DNA of 64,000 nt from Curvibacter sp. GWA2_63_95 (GCA_001795455.1 MGPB01000019.1:36630-100629); one strand, 5' to 3'; positions 42,426 to 55,365 are shown, counted from the stretch's first letter. Notes: generated by a model from the letters alone, not told the origin. Made by a program: numbers and translations.

Positions 42426-42956
42426 ATGAGCGACTCCAGCCACGCGACCGCGCACGATGAGGCCCACACCGGCCCCATCAAGACTCCCAAGCAATTGTTG
42501 CTGGCGGCTTTTTTCTCATTCGTGATCCCCATCTTCGTGATCATCGGCTTGGTGTACTACGTCACCGCCGACAACAAGCCCGCCGCGGGCACAGTGAATG
42601 CAGAAAAAGCCCTGGCCGAGCGCATCCAAAAGGTGGGCATGGTCGAGATCCGCGATGCCAACCGCGAAATGAAAACCGGTGAGCAGGTGTTCACCGCCCA
42701 GTGCTCGGCCTGCCACGCGGCTGGTTTGGCCGGCTCGCCCAAGTTTGGCGATGCGGGTGCGTGGGGTCCCCGCATCAAGACTGGCTTTGACGCCTTGTTG
42801 AACTCCGCCCTCAAGGGCAAGGGCGCCATGGGTGCCCAGGGCGGTGGTGATCTGGACGATTTCGAGATTGCCCGCGCGGTGGTCTACATGGTGAACGGCA
42901 GCGGTGGCAAGTTTGACGAGCCCAAGAAGGCCGCAGCCCCCGAAGCCGCGAAGTAA
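42426..42956 (+). CDS. Membrane-anchored cytochrome c5
   Basis: N-terminal TM helix, CSACH heme motif, ALKGKGAM. Confidence 0.9.
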   Translation: MSDSSHATAHDEAHTGPIKTPKQLLLAAFFSFVIPIFVIIGLVYYVTADNKPAAGTVNAEKALAERIQKVGMVEIRDANREMKTGEQVFTAQCSACHAAGLAGSPKFGDAGAWGPRIKTGFDALLNSALKGKGAMGAQGGGDLDDFEIARAVVYMVNGSGGKFDEPKKAAAPEAAK

Positions 42957-42986
42957 GCCCCTGCAGCGGCAGACGCTGCGCCCCCG

Positions 42987-43015
42987 AAAAAGCCGACAAC
43001 CTTGTCGGCTTTTTT
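42987..43015. terminator. Bidirectional Rho-independent terminator
   Basis: AAAAAGCCGACAA-cc-TTGTCGGCTTTTTT. Confidence 0.9.
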
Positions 43016-43024
43016 GTGGCCAGC

Positions 43025-43089
43025 TTCAAGCCAAATTGGCCTCTAGCCCCCGCAGATATTGCGCGAGCAGCTACTATATTGATAGCAAA
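43025..43089 (-). repeat. Repeat family A, copy 9 (supplies last codons and stop of the 43074-43625 gene)
   Basis: TTCAAGCCAAATTGGCCTCTAGCCCCCGCAGATATTGCGCGAGCAGCTACTATATTGATAGCAAA; minus strand TTG CTA TCA ATA TAG. Confidence 0.9.
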
Positions 43090-43625
43090 CTGGCCTGGAG
43101 CACCTGGGGGCTTGGAGCGTAGGCGAAGCGCTGCGGCAGGTCTGCCCGGCGCACCTCATGCAAAGCCCACAGCCCTTGCTCCAGCGCCTGCGCGGCGCGG
43201 CCCGTGTCTTGGGTGTGGACCAGGCCAAAGCCCAGATCGGTATGGAGGTAGAGCCAACCTTCTTCGTCCAGCAGGGCTTGTTGCACCTGTGCGGGAGCAC
43301 CTGTGTGGGCCACCACCACACCATCGTCGGCTACACGCCAGACCCAAGGCGTGGCCTCCAGCTCCACAAACACACGCTGCGGACCGTTCTGGAAGAACCA
43401 GCGCCCGCTGGCATCGGCCGCATAGTTGCGCTGGATAAAGTCAATCAGCTTTTCGTGTTGCAGGCGGCTCCCCTTGGCGCCGGCTTGGCCGCTGGCAAAC
43501 GCGCCCTGCGCCTGGGCCGCGTCGTCGCGCATAAACCATTGGCCACGTGCGTCCAGACCCAGCCAACCGTAGCAGTCCGGCACATTGGGCCATTTGGCCA
43601 TGGCTTGTTTGACGATGTCGTCCAT
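43074..43625 (-). CDS. DUF2946-like conserved protein
   Basis: MDDIVKQAMAKWPNVPDCYGWLGLDARG, FFQNGPQRVFVEL. Confidence 0.8.
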   Translation of the reverse strand: MDDIVKQAMAKWPNVPDCYGWLGLDARGQWFMRDDAAQAQGAFASGQAGAKGSRLQHEKLIDFIQRNYAADASGRWFFQNGPQRVFVELEATPWVWRVADDGVVVAHTGAPAQVQQALLDEEGWLYLHTDLGFGLVHTQDTGRAAQALEQGLWALHEVRRADLPQRFAYAPSPQVLQASLLSI

Positions 43626-43634
43626 GGACCGCCT

Positions 43635-44690
43635 TCAGGTCAGGTGACGGTTTAGCCAGCCGCCCACGGCGTCGGGCATGGTGCGCACATGGCCGGGCAC
43701 CGGCCCTTGCGGAAAACCCACATGGCCACCGTGCGCAGGCTGCCACAGCGTGACATGTGTGCCCACCTCGCCCTGCGAGGGCAGGCACCAGGCCGGGACA
43801 AAGGGGTCGTTGCGCGCATTGACCACCAGCGCCGGCACGCGAATGGCGGCCAGATGGGGCTTGGCCGAGGCGCGGGCCCAGTAGTCCTCGGTGCTGTGGA
43901 AGCCGTGCAGGGGCGCGGTAAAGATGTTGTCGAACTCGTAGAGGTCGCGTGCGGCCTTGAGCGCGGCACCATCGAACAGGCCTGGGTGCTGCTGCAGCTT
44001 GCGCAGGGCCTTGGGCACCATGGTATTGAGGAACATGCGGGTGTAGACCAGTCGGTTGAAGCCACGCCCAATGGCATAGCCGCCCGCCGCGAGATCGATG
44101 GGCGAGCACACGGCTGCCACGCCCCGCACCACCCGGGCAGCGCTGTCGCCCATCTCTTCGGCCCAGCGCAGCAGCGCGTTGCCGCCCAAAGAGACACCCA
44201 CCGCGAGGATGGGGCCGCGATGCTTGGCACGGAATTGCTCCAGCATCCATCCGACCTCGGCAAAGTCACCCGAGTGGTAGGCGCGGGGTGCGTGGTTCAG
44301 CTCGCCACCACAGCCCCGGAAATGCGGCACGGCGTAGGCCATGCCGTGGGTGCGGGCGAAGTCGGCAAAAGCCTCGGCGTAGTGGCTGCGCGAGCTGCCC
44401 TCCAGGCCGTGGAACAGCACCAGCAAGGGGCGCTCCTCCTCGCGCGACGTCGACGGCTGCAGCGCAGGGCCGCCCCAAGCAAGGCCAGCCCCCTCGGGGG
44501 GCAGCGACCCGTGCAGCGGCGGAGCGTGGGGGCTAGTCAGCCAGTCCACGTCCACAAAGTCAGCGTCCGGCGTAGCCCAGCGTTCACGCCGGTACTGCGG
44601 GTGCGGGCCGAACACGCGGTGCGAGTACAGCGCGGGCCAGATGGTCTGCAGGTTGCCGCCGGGCAACCAGCGGGGCGCTACATAATTCAT
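43635..44690 (-). CDS. YheT-family alpha/beta hydrolase
   Basis: PGGNLQTIW, FHGLEGSS, PHFRGCGG, GVSLGG nucleophile elbow, GGHVGF; start at ATG 44690 (alternative 44726). Confidence 0.9.
   Translation of the reverse strand: MNYVAPRWLPGGNLQTIWPALYSHRVFGPHPQYRRERWATPDADFVDVDWLTSPHAPPLHGSLPPEGAGLAWGGPALQPSTSREEERPLLVLFHGLEGSSRSHYAEAFADFARTHGMAYAVPHFRGCGGELNHAPRAYHSGDFAEVGWMLEQFRAKHRGPILAVGVSLGGNALLRWAEEMGDSAARVVRGVAAVCSPIDLAAGGYAIGRGFNRLVYTRMFLNTMVPKALRKLQQHPGLFDGAALKAARDLYEFDNIFTAPLHGFHSTEDYWARASAKPHLAAIRVPALVVNARNDPFVPAWCLPSQGEVGTHVTLWQPAHGGHVGFPQGPVPGHVRTMPDAVGGWLNRHLT
44462..44533 (-). repeat. Repeat family B, in-frame copy inside the YheT hydrolase
   Basis: Reverse complement GCCCCCACGCTCCGCCGCTGCACGGGTCGCTGCCCCCCGAGGGGGCTGGCCTTGCTTGGGGCGGCCCTGCGC, encoding PHAPPLHGSLPPEGAGLAWGGPA. 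Confidence 0.9.
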
Positions 44691-44739
44691 AGCTGCTTGC
44701 GCATATTCCACGGGCTCCAGAGGCATATTTAATGCAAAA
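44677..44739 (+). repeat. Repeat family A, copy 10 (spans stop of the NTF2 gene and start of yheT)
   Basis: GCTACATAATTCATAGCTGCTTGCGCATATTCCACGGGCTCCAGAGGCATATTTAATGCAAAA. Confidence 0.88.
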
Positions 44740-45184
44740 CCTGGGCGCCAACGGGCACATGGGCCGCGTCTTCCGGCGTGCCCGGGCTGGCGTGGTGGAC
44801 CACCATACGCCAGCCTTGCGGGGTCTTGTGGTAGACGTTGGTGGCCAGCACATGGGCCTTGGCCGGGCCTTCGGGGGTCATCACCTCCACCCGCTCCAGC
44901 ACATGGTGCACCGCGCTGGCCAGCGAGTCGACGCGGCGAATCTGCTCGGCCTGCACGTGCACCGCGCCGCCGTGTGCAAACAGGGCGTCAAATGCCGCAC
45001 GGATGGCGCCCACACCCACCACGCGTGGGCCACCAGGATGGATGCAGGCGATCTCGTCCTCGTCGGCCCAGCAGGCCATGAGCTTTTCGATGTCGCCGGT
45101 CTGCAGCGCCTCGTAAAACGCGGCTTCAACTTCGTCGGGGGTTCCGCCCAGGGCGGCGTGCAAGGTGGCTTTGTGTCGGGGCAT
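44729..45184 (-). CDS. NTF2/SnoaL-like (YybH) protein
   Basis: EAAFYEAL..GDIEKLM, CIHPGG, ATNVY, WRMVVHHAS; start at ATG 45184. Confidence 0.85.
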   Translation of the reverse strand: MPRHKATLHAALGGTPDEVEAAFYEALQTGDIEKLMACWADEDEIACIHPGGPRVVGVGAIRAAFDALFAHGGAVHVQAEQIRRVDSLASAVHHVLERVEVMTPEGPAKAHVLATNVYHKTPQGWRMVVHHASPGTPEDAAHVPVGAQVLH

Positions 45185-45203
45185 GGGGCAATTCTCGCGC
45201 AAC

Positions 45204-45944
45204 TCAGGAGGCCAACCAGGCACGTACGGTCTCTTGCACCGTGGCCTCTGTGGTGCGGCGTGCCAGTTCGGGCGGCGCAATGTGCACGCCGGGCGGCATC
45301 TCGCGCAGAGCCACGTCCACCAGCGCGGCGACGTCAGCCGCACGCGGCGGCATCTCGTTGCTGGGCACCATGTAGGCAAAGATGGACAGCATGCGGTGCG
45401 CCAGCCATTCCAAGACGTTGGCATGCGGTGGCGCCTGGGGCGCGGCGGCGGGCCGCACCAGCAGCAGGCGCGTAAAACCCATGCTGGCCACGGCCTGCTC
45501 GTCCAGGTTGGCCAGGCCGGCTTTCAGCGCTTGCGGCAGGCGGCCTTGGTCGTGCGGCACGACCACGGCCAGGGTGTGCACGCCGCAGTGCAGCATCCAG
45601 GCAGCCAGTGCGGGCAGTTGCGCGGGTTGTGGTGTCCACAACGCACGTTCGCGGTCGTTGTAGAGGTTGGGCGCGTCAAACACGATGACGCCCACCGTGG
45701 CAGGCTGCAACGGCCAGTTGGCGGGATCGTCCGAAGGCACACCCACGATCTGCACCCGGTCCAAGGCCGGGGTCATGTCCTCTTGCACCAGCACCCGTAG
45801 CGTGCGGTAGTGGTGGCCGCCGGCCAGGCGCTGCAGCACCTCAGCCCCCAGCGTACCTGCGGCACCTGCAATCAAGGCCTCGGGGAGCAGCGCCGGGGGC
45901 GCAGGGCCACGTTGGGCGGCTTGTAGGGCATGGAGTAGGGTCAT
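45204..45944 (-). CDS. Hypothetical protein with Rossmann-like N-terminus
   Basis: LIAGAAGTLG (GxxGxxG) motif; host-like codon usage. Confidence 0.6.
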   Translation of the reverse strand: MTLLHALQAAQRGPAPPALLPEALIAGAAGTLGAEVLQRLAGGHHYRTLRVLVQEDMTPALDRVQIVGVPSDDPANWPLQPATVGVIVFDAPNLYNDRERALWTPQPAQLPALAAWMLHCGVHTLAVVVPHDQGRLPQALKAGLANLDEQAVASMGFTRLLLVRPAAAPQAPPHANVLEWLAHRMLSIFAYMVPSNEMPPRAADVAALVDVALREMPPGVHIAPPELARRTTEATVQETVRAWLAS

Positions 45945-46002
45945 GGCGGGGCGATCGGGTAGCGCTCTATAGTACGGGCTGTTGCATTAGCAGGAGCTTC
46001 CC

Positions 46003-46611
46003 ATGCGTTTGTCTACTTTTCGGGCCCGGGTTTGGCTGGCTGCGGTGGCGATGGCCACCCTGCTGAGTGGGTGTGGCTACAACGACTTCCAGCGTCTGGA
46101 CGAGCAGACCAAGGCCGCGTGGAGCGAGGTGCTGAACCAGTACCAGCGCCGCGCAGACTTGGTCCCCAATATCGTGGCCACCGTCAAAGGCGAAGCGGCT
46201 TTTGAACAAGAGACACTGACCAAAGTGGTGGAGGCGCGTGCCAAGGCCACATCGATCCAGGTGACGCCCGAGACGCTGAATAACCCCGAGGCCTTCTCCA
46301 AATTCCAGGCCGCACAGGGCGAGCTGGGGGGCGCATTGAGCCGTCTGATGGTGGTGAGCGAGCAGTACCCCAACCTGAAGGCGAACCAGGGCTTTAGCGA
46401 CCTGCGGGTACAACTCGAAGGCACCGAGAACCGCATCACCGTGGCGCGCAACCGCTACATCCAGGCGGTGCAGGCGTACAACGTGCTGGCGCGCAGCTTC
46501 CCCAGCAACCTGACGGCCATGGTGTTCAGCTACGCCCCCAAGCCCGTCTTTGCGGTGCAAAACGAAGCGGCCATCAGCGCCCCGCCGGTGGTCGACTTCA
46601 ACAAGAAGTAA
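46003..46611 (+). CDS. lemA: LemA-family lipoprotein
   Basis: LLSGCGYN, QYQRRADLVPN, EQYPNLKA, LEGTENRI. Confidence 0.93.
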   Translation: MRLSTFRARVWLAAVAMATLLSGCGYNDFQRLDEQTKAAWSEVLNQYQRRADLVPNIVATVKGEAAFEQETLTKVVEARAKATSIQVTPETLNNPEAFSKFQAAQGELGGALSRLMVVSEQYPNLKANQGFSDLRVQLEGTENRITVARNRYIQAVQAYNVLARSFPSNLTAMVFSYAPKPVFAVQNEAAISAPPVVDFNKK

Positions 46612-46617
46612 GCCCGC

Positions 46618-47520
46618 ATGCACGTGTTGCTTCGTTGGCACCGGGCTCTGGTGCTGGGCTTTGCCGGGCTGGCCTTGGCGGTCTGCGTGCCTCTGCTGCA
46701 CGCGCAAGACCTTCAGCCCGTACCCGCGCTGAGTAGCCATGTCATCGACACCACGGCGACGTTGAGCACTGCACAGCTGCAGGCACTGGACGCCAAGCTG
46801 GTGGCATTTGAAGCCGCCAGTGGCGCCCAGGTGGTGGTGTTGATGGTGCCAACTACAGCGCCTGAGGACATTGCCAGCTACGCCAACCGGGTGGGCAACA
46901 CCTGGAAGATTGGGCGCAAAGACATTGGCGATGGCCTGATCCTTTTGGTGGCAAAGAATGACCGCAAGCTGCGCATTGAAGTAGCCAAGACACTGGAAGG
47001 TGCGATTCCCGATCTGATGGCCAAACGTGTGATTGACCAGGCCATTGCGCCCCGCCTGAAAGAGGGCGACTTTGCCGGCGGCATGGATGCGGGGCTGGAA
47101 CAGATCATGGGGCTGATTCGCGGCGAGGCCTTGCCAGCACCCGCGCCAATGCGCAGCAACACAAACGCAGGGTTTCAGTGGATGGACCTGGCGGTGTTTC
47201 TCTTCTTTGCCGTGGCGGTCGGGGGCAGCATGGCGCGGCGCGTGCTGGGCAACAAGCTGGGCTCATTGCTCATCGGTGGTGTGGCGGGAGGCTTGGTGTG
47301 GTTTGTGAGCAGCAGCATCCTGCTGGCGGGCCTGGCTGCCGTCGTCGCGCTGATTTTTACCTTGTTGAGCAGCCTCAACAAAACCGGCTCAAGCCGACAC
47401 AGCACCGCTTGGGGTGGCTCGGGTTCCGGTAGTGGCTGGAGCTCCGGCTCCGGCGGCGGCGGGTTCAGTTCAGGCGGTGGTGGCAATTTTGGAGGCGGTG
47501 GCGCCTCGGGAGGTTGGTGA
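46618..47520 (+). CDS. TPM-domain (YgcG-like) membrane protein with Gly-rich tail
   Basis: WKIGRKDIGDGLILLVAKNDRKLRIEV, GGGGFSSGGGGNFGGGGASGGW. Confidence 0.9.
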   Translation: MHVLLRWHRALVLGFAGLALAVCVPLLHAQDLQPVPALSSHVIDTTATLSTAQLQALDAKLVAFEAASGAQVVVLMVPTTAPEDIASYANRVGNTWKIGRKDIGDGLILLVAKNDRKLRIEVAKTLEGAIPDLMAKRVIDQAIAPRLKEGDFAGGMDAGLEQIMGLIRGEALPAPAPMRSNTNAGFQWMDLAVFLFFAVAVGGSMARRVLGNKLGSLLIGGVAGGLVWFVSSSILLAGLAAVVALIFTLLSSLNKTGSSRHSTAWGGSGSGSGWSSGSGGGGFSSGGGGNFGGGGASGGW

Positions 47521-48035
47521 TGTTGTCGCGTTTGCAGCGCCTTTTTAAACACCGCTGGATGGAGAACGCCGATCGTGTGCTCACTGCCGAGGCCCTGCTG
47601 CGCCTGCAAACCCGGGTCACCGCCAGCGAGGCCCAGCACAGTGGCGAGATCCGCATTTGCGTGGAAGCCGGTTTGCCCAATAGCTATCTGCTGCGGCCCG
47701 ACACCACGGCAGCCCTGTTGCGCCAACGCGCACTTGCGCAATTCGGCCGCTTGCGGGTGTGGGACACCGAGCAGAACAACGGCGTGCTGATTTACCTGTG
47801 CCTGGCCGAGCGCGCCATAGAACTGGTGGCAGACCGCGGCGTGGACCGTATGGTGCCTGCGGACCAGTGGCGCGGTGTCGTGCAGCAGTTGGCCATGGCG
47901 CTGCGGGCAGGCCAGTACGAACAGGGCCTGGCCCAGTCCATCGACGCCGTGTGTGCCGTGCTGACGCGACATTTTCCGTTGCAGCCCGGACAGCACAACC
48001 CCAATGAATTGCCGGACGCACCGGCCCTGTCTTAG
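47520..48035 (+). CDS. TPM-domain protein
   Basis: SGEIRICVEA, VWDTEQNNGVLIY, IELVADRG, NELPD. Confidence 0.88.
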   Translation: MLSRLQRLFKHRWMENADRVLTAEALLRLQTRVTASEAQHSGEIRICVEAGLPNSYLLRPDTTAALLRQRALAQFGRLRVWDTEQNNGVLIYLCLAERAIELVADRGVDRMVPADQWRGVVQQLAMALRAGQYEQGLAQSIDAVCAVLTRHFPLQPGQHNPNELPDAPALS

Positions 48036-48046
48036 CCCCTGAAACG

Positions 48047-48072
48047 ACAAAACCGCCCGAAGGCGGTTTTGT
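48047..48072. terminator. Bidirectional terminator ending the atp operon
   Basis: ACAAAACCGCC-cgaa-GGCGGTTTTGT. Confidence 0.9.
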
Positions 48073-48090
48073 AAGGGCAAGCGCGCACGC

Positions 48091-48507
48091 TTATTTTTTG
48101 CGCAAGAACTTGCGTGCAGCAGTAATCTCCGCCGCCATGATGGCGATCTCCGACTGGATCTTCGCAATATCGATCTCGCTCTTGGCGTTCTTCAACGCTT
48201 CTTCAGCAGCAGCCTTGGCGGCGTTGGCCTTCTCTTCGTCCAGGTCCTTGCCGCGAATGGCTGTGTCAGACAACACAGTCACGCAGTGGGGCTGCACTTC
48301 GAGAATGCCACCGGCCACGAACACAAACTCTTCGCTGCCGTCCGCCTTTTCGATGCGCACCGAGCCAGGCTTGATGCGCGTGATCAGGGGCGTGTGGCGG
48401 GGCTTGATGCCCAGCTCGCCAGCCTCACCGGGAAGCGCCACGAAGACGGCTTCACCGGAGAAGATGGACTCTTCTGCACTGACCACATCAACGTGGATGG
48501 TGTTCAT
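48091..48507 (-). CDS. atpC: ATP synthase epsilon subunit
   Basis: [28 protein letters not shown]. Confidence 0.96.
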   Translation of the reverse strand: MNTIHVDVVSAEESIFSGEAVFVALPGEAGELGIKPRHTPLITRIKPGSVRIEKADGSEEFVFVAGGILEVQPHCVTVLSDTAIRGKDLDEEKANAAKAAAEEALKNAKSEIDIAKIQSEIAIMAAEITAARKFLRKK

Positions 48508-48510
48508 GTC

Positions 48511-50825
<2,315 letters not shown>

Positions 50826-50852
50826 CAATGGCTCCTTGTGATCAGGTGGAAA

Positions 50853-52406
50853 TCAAGCAAAGGTTTTCTTGAACGCGGCCACAGCAGCAGTCAATTCAGC
50901 CTCGGCATCCTTGTCCAGTGCCTTGGTGTCTTCCACCTTGGCCAACAGGGCTGCGTGCTTGTCCTTGAGGTAGGCATGAAGGCCGTGCTCGAAAGCCAGG
51001 ATCTTCTTGACTTCCACGTCATCCATGAAGCCCTTGTTCACTGCGAACAGCGAAGCGCTCATGATGCTGATGGACTGAGGGCTGTATTGCTTTTGCTTCA
51101 GCAGTTCGGTCACGCGGGCACCGCGGTCCAGCTGCTTGCGGGTGGCTTCGTCCAGATCGGAAGCGAACTGCGCGAACGCAGCCAGTTCACGGTACTGGGC
51201 CAAGTCGTTACGGATACCGCCGGACTGGCCCTTGACCACTTTGGTCTGCGCAGCAGAACCCACGCGGGACACCGAAATACCGGCGTTGATCGCGGGACGC
51301 ACACCGGCGTTGAACAACGAGGTTTCCAAGAAGATCTGGCCGTCGGTGATCGAGATCACGTTGGTAGGCACGAAAGCAGACACGTCACCGGCTTGGGTTT
51401 CGATGATAGGCAGAGCGGTCAAAGAACCGGTCTTGCCTTTCACAGCGCCCTTGGTGAAGGCTTCCACGTACTCTGCGTTCACGCGGGCTGCGCGCTCCAG
51501 CAAACGGCTGTGGAGATAGAACACGTCGCCAGGGTAGGCTTCGCGGCCCGGTGGACGGCGCAACAGCAAGGAAACCTGGCGGTAGGCCACGGCTTGCTTG
51601 GACAAATCGTCATACACGATCAGTGCGTCTTCGCCGCGGTCGCGGAAGTACTCACCCATGGTGCAGCCGGAGTACGCAGACACGTACTGCATGGCGGCAG
51701 ATTCAGAGGCGGAAGCTGCCACCACGATGGTGTATTCCATGGCGCCAGCTTGTTCCAGAGCGCGCACCACGTTCTTGATCGAGGAAGCCTTTTGGCCGAT
51801 CGCAACGTAGACGCAGGTCATGTTCTGACCCTTCTGGTTGATGATGGCGTCGATGGCCACGGCAGTCTTGCCGGTCTGGCGGTCGCCAATGATCAATTCG
51901 CGCTGGCCGCGGCCGACGGGAACCATGGAGTCGATGGACTTCAGGCCGGTCTGCATGGGCTGATCCACGGATTTACGGGCGATCACACCAGGTGCCACCT
52001 TTTCGATCACGTCGGTCATCTTGGCGTTGATGGGGCCTTTGCCGTCAATGGGCTGACCCAGGGCGTTAACCACGCGGCCTTTGAGCTCGGGGCCCACGGG
52101 CACTTCCAGAATGCGGCCGGTGCACTTGACCGTGTCGCCTTCGGAGATGTGCTCGTACTCACCCAAGATCACGGAACCCACCGAGTCACGCTCAAGGTTC
52201 AGTGCCAGACCATAGGTGGGCAGGCCGTCGGAGCCAGCGGGGAATTCCAGCATTTCGCCTTGCATCACGTCAGACAGACCGTGGATGCGGCAGATACCGT
52301 CCGTCACCGACACCACAGTGCCTTGGTTGCGGATGTCAGCGCTGACGGACAGGCCGTCGATACGGCTCTTGATCAATTCAGAAATTTCTGCGGGATTGAG
52401 TTGCAT
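50853..52406 (-). CDS. atpA: ATP synthase alpha subunit
   Basis: [30 protein letters not shown]. Confidence 0.98.
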   Translation of the reverse strand: MQLNPAEISELIKSRIDGLSVSADIRNQGTVVSVTDGICRIHGLSDVMQGEMLEFPAGSDGLPTYGLALNLERDSVGSVILGEYEHISEGDTVKCTGRILEVPVGPELKGRVVNALGQPIDGKGPINAKMTDVIEKVAPGVIARKSVDQPMQTGLKSIDSMVPVGRGQRELIIGDRQTGKTAVAIDAIINQKGQNMTCVYVAIGQKASSIKNVVRALEQAGAMEYTIVVAASASESAAMQYVSAYSGCTMGEYFRDRGEDALIVYDDLSKQAVAYRQVSLLLRRPPGREAYPGDVFYLHSRLLERAARVNAEYVEAFTKGAVKGKTGSLTALPIIETQAGDVSAFVPTNVISITDGQIFLETSLFNAGVRPAINAGISVSRVGSAAQTKVVKGQSGGIRNDLAQYRELAAFAQFASDLDEATRKQLDRGARVTELLKQKQYSPQSISIMSASLFAVNKGFMDDVEVKKILAFEHGLHAYLKDKHAALLAKVEDTKALDKDAEAELTAAVAAFKKTFA

Positions 52407-52456
52407 GACTCTTTCCTTCTTTCTTTAGTTGGGCTTCACGGCAAGAGGCTTGCGCC

Positions 52457-52987
52457 TCAGGCAGTGAGAGCCACTTTCATTTGTTCCAGACGGGCCTTGA
52501 CGGAAGTGTCGAGCACTTCATCACCCACCACCACACGGATACCGCCAATCAGCTCGGCGTCGAGCTCAACGGAGACATTGAGCTTGCGGTTGAAACGCTT
52601 TTCGAGCGCAGCCGCAACGTCCGCCAACGCAGCTGCGTCGATCGGGAAAGCGCTGTAAACAACGGCATCAGACAGTCCGCTTTTCGCGTTCTTGAGTCCG
52701 CGAAACAGGGCTGCAATCTCGGGCAGCGCTTCCAGGCGTCCGTTGTCGATGACCGTGCGCAGGAAGTTTTTGCCTTGCTCCGGCAGCGCTGCCTTCATCA
52801 CACCGGCAATCAGGTCAAAGACCTGTGCGCTGGTGACTTTGGGGTTGCTGGCGAACTGCTGCAATTGGCCATTTTGGGCAATTTCAGCAAGTTCATCCAA
52901 CCACACGGCAGCGGCGTTCAAGTCGGCTTGCGCCGCCTTGAACAAGGCTTCGGCATAAGGCCTGGCAATGGTGGCAAGTTCAGCCAT
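52457..52987 (-). CDS. atpH: ATP synthase delta subunit
   Basis: [21 protein letters not shown]; operon position. Confidence 0.96.
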   Translation of the reverse strand: MAELATIARPYAEALFKAAQADLNAAAVWLDELAEIAQNGQLQQFASNPKVTSAQVFDLIAGVMKAALPEQGKNFLRTVIDNGRLEALPEIAALFRGLKNAKSGLSDAVVYSAFPIDAAALADVAAALEKRFNRKLNVSVELDAELIGGIRVVVGDEVLDTSVKARLEQMKVALTA

Positions 52988-52996
52988 GGTCTTCCC

Positions 52997-53467
52997 TTAC
53001 AGCTCAGTCTTCAGACGAGACAGCAAGTCGGCATGCACACCGGCATTGACTTCCTTGCGCAGGATCTGCTCGGCGCCTTTGACGGCGAGAGCGGCGACTT
53101 GCTCGCGCAATGCTTCACGGGCCTTGACCGACTGTTGCTCGGCTTCCGCCTTGGCAGCCGCAATGATGCGGTTGCCCTCTTCAGTGGCACGCGCCTTGGC
53201 CTCTTCCACAATGGCCTGGCCACGACGCTCGGCATCAGCCAGGCGACCTGCGGTTTCATTTTTGGAAGTAGCCAGTTCGGCTTCCACACGTTGGTTGGCA
53301 GACGCCAGTTCGGCCTTGGCCTTGTCGGCGGCGGCAAGGCCGTCGGCGATTTTCTGTGCCCGCTCGTCCAGCGCTTTCGTGATCGGGGGCCACACGAATT
53401 TCATCGTGAACCACACCAGGATCGCAAAAACGATAGCCTGCAGGAACAGGGTTGCGTTGATGTTCAC
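52997..53467 (-). CDS. atpF: ATP synthase b subunit
   Basis: MNINATL, KFVWPP; operon position. Confidence 0.96.
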   Translation of the reverse strand: MNINATLFLQAIVFAILVWFTMKFVWPPITKALDERAQKIADGLAAADKAKAELASANQRVEAELATSKNETAGRLADAERRGQAIVEEAKARATEEGNRIIAAAKAEAEQQSVKAREALREQVAALAVKGAEQILRKEVNAGVHADLLSRLKTEL

Positions 53468-53502
53468 GGTTTGATTCCTTCTCTAACGTGAAGGGCCGTT
53501 GA

Positions 53503-53760
<258 letters not shown>

Positions 53761-53811
53761 CTAAAAGTTAGTGGAAAAGAAAAAGAAACGAAATAAAACG
53801 AGAGATTTACA

Positions 53812-54690
53812 TCAATGTGCGTCGTGCGCTTGACCGGTGTAGATCAGCGTCAACATCATAAAGATGAAGGCTTGCAAAGTGATCACCAGAATGTGGAACA
53901 AGGTCCACACGGTTCCGGCGATGACGTGGCCGATGGCCAAGCCAACACCGGTTGCCGACAACGCCCAGCCACCACCCATCAGGGCAATCAACATGAACAC
54001 CAGCTCACCCGCAAACATGTTGCCAAACAACCGCATGCCGTGGGACACGGTCTTGGCAAGGTACTCAATCATCTGCATCAGGAAGTTCACGGGGTACAGG
54101 GCCCAGTGGTCACCAAACGGTGCAGCAATCAACTCGTGCGCCCAGCCGCCCAGCCCCTTGATCTTGATGTTGTAGAACACACAGATCAGCAGAACAGAAC
54201 AAGACAGACCCAGTGTCGTGGAAAGGTCCGCGGTAGGAACCACACGCATGTAATCTTTGAAACCCATGGCAGGACCGGCGGCGTGCCAGATCTGGGGGAT
54301 CAGATCCACGGGCAACATGTCCATGGCGTTCATCAGGAAAATCCAGACAAACACGGTCAAGGCGAGAGGGGAAATCAGTTTGCGGCTCTTGGCGTTGTGG
54401 ATCACACCCTTGGCCTGGTTTTCCACCATTTCGGAGAGGATTTCAACGGCTGCCTGGAAGCGGCCGGGCACGCCGGACGTAGCCTTGCGCGCAGCGCTCC
54501 ACAACACGAAACAACCGATCACACCCAGGATGACCGAAAACAGCACCGAGTCAAAATTGAACAGGCTGAAGTCGACAATGCTGGTTTGCTTCACGCTCTG
54601 GAAGGAAAAGTCCTTCTGCAGGTGTTGCAAGTGGTGCTGGATATATTCACCAGCGGAGGGGGCATGTGTTCCAGTGTTTTCTGCAGACAT
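53812..54690 (-). CDS. atpB: ATP synthase a subunit
   Basis: YIQHHL, RLFGNMFAGE, LQAFIF. Confidence 0.96.
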   Translation of the reverse strand: MSAENTGTHAPSAGEYIQHHLQHLQKDFSFQSVKQTSIVDFSLFNFDSVLFSVILGVIGCFVLWSAARKATSGVPGRFQAAVEILSEMVENQAKGVIHNAKSRKLISPLALTVFVWIFLMNAMDMLPVDLIPQIWHAAGPAMGFKDYMRVVPTADLSTTLGLSCSVLLICVFYNIKIKGLGGWAHELIAAPFGDHWALYPVNFLMQMIEYLAKTVSHGMRLFGNMFAGELVFMLIALMGGGWALSATGVGLAIGHVIAGTVWTLFHILVITLQAFIFMMLTLIYTGQAHDAH

Positions 54691-54704
54691 AGGTCACCAA
54701 AATA

Positions 54705-55205
54705 TCAATTCGAACCGTTGAGACTTCGGCGTCGCGAGTGCAACCACGCGGCCACCCAATACACCTTCATCGTCACCACAAAGCCAGCCACCAGGGCTAG
54801 CCAGTTGAGCGGGGAAACCACCTTTGGCGCCAATAACAACATGGCAACCGTCAAGGCAACTTTCACCGACTCCCAAATCACAAATCCCATCATCGCCGCG
54901 CCGGGCTGGGTCACTGCGCGCTGGCGCTGCAAACCCCGAACCATCAACGCCGCGGGAAAAACCACCGCCAATGCACCGTAGGCAGCAGAAATACCCGCCA
55001 CCTCGCCGCCCCACCAGCCAGCCAGCAAAGCCAGCACCACACCTGCCACCAATTGCCACACAACCACCCACCAAGGAGAGATCGCGGGATGGGCACTGCG
55101 CCATTGCTGGACTTCTTCTGCCGTCAAGGGCTTGAACTCTGCGTCAAAGAGCCCATCTGGGTTCTCTGCGTCAGTAGACACATAAGGCTGAGGCGCGATT
55201 GTCAT
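54705..55205 (-). CDS. atpI: ATP synthase protein I
   Basis: Four hydrophobic segments; first gene of the atp operon. Confidence 0.85.
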   Translation of the reverse strand: MTIAPQPYVSTDAENPDGLFDAEFKPLTAEEVQQWRSAHPAISPWWVVVWQLVAGVVLALLAGWWGGEVAGISAAYGALAVVFPAALMVRGLQRQRAVTQPGAAMMGFVIWESVKVALTVAMLLLAPKVVSPLNWLALVAGFVVTMKVYWVAAWLHSRRRSLNGSN

Positions 55206-55365
55206 GAATCAAAATTACGCTCAGGTTACTGCCGCTGTTCAATGCACAGCCTACGATTATACGTAGAAACCCGCCTGCGCCTAGCACTTCGCGCTCGGGC
55301 GCCCACACCAAACACCCCGCAGCGATAATTCAGCCCTGCATTTGCCCTTGAGAAAGCCCCCCTGC

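Noticed and set aside
47400-47520. Low-complexity GGC/GGT-rich tract
   Set aside because: Encodes the usual Gly/Ser-rich tail of TPM-domain proteins
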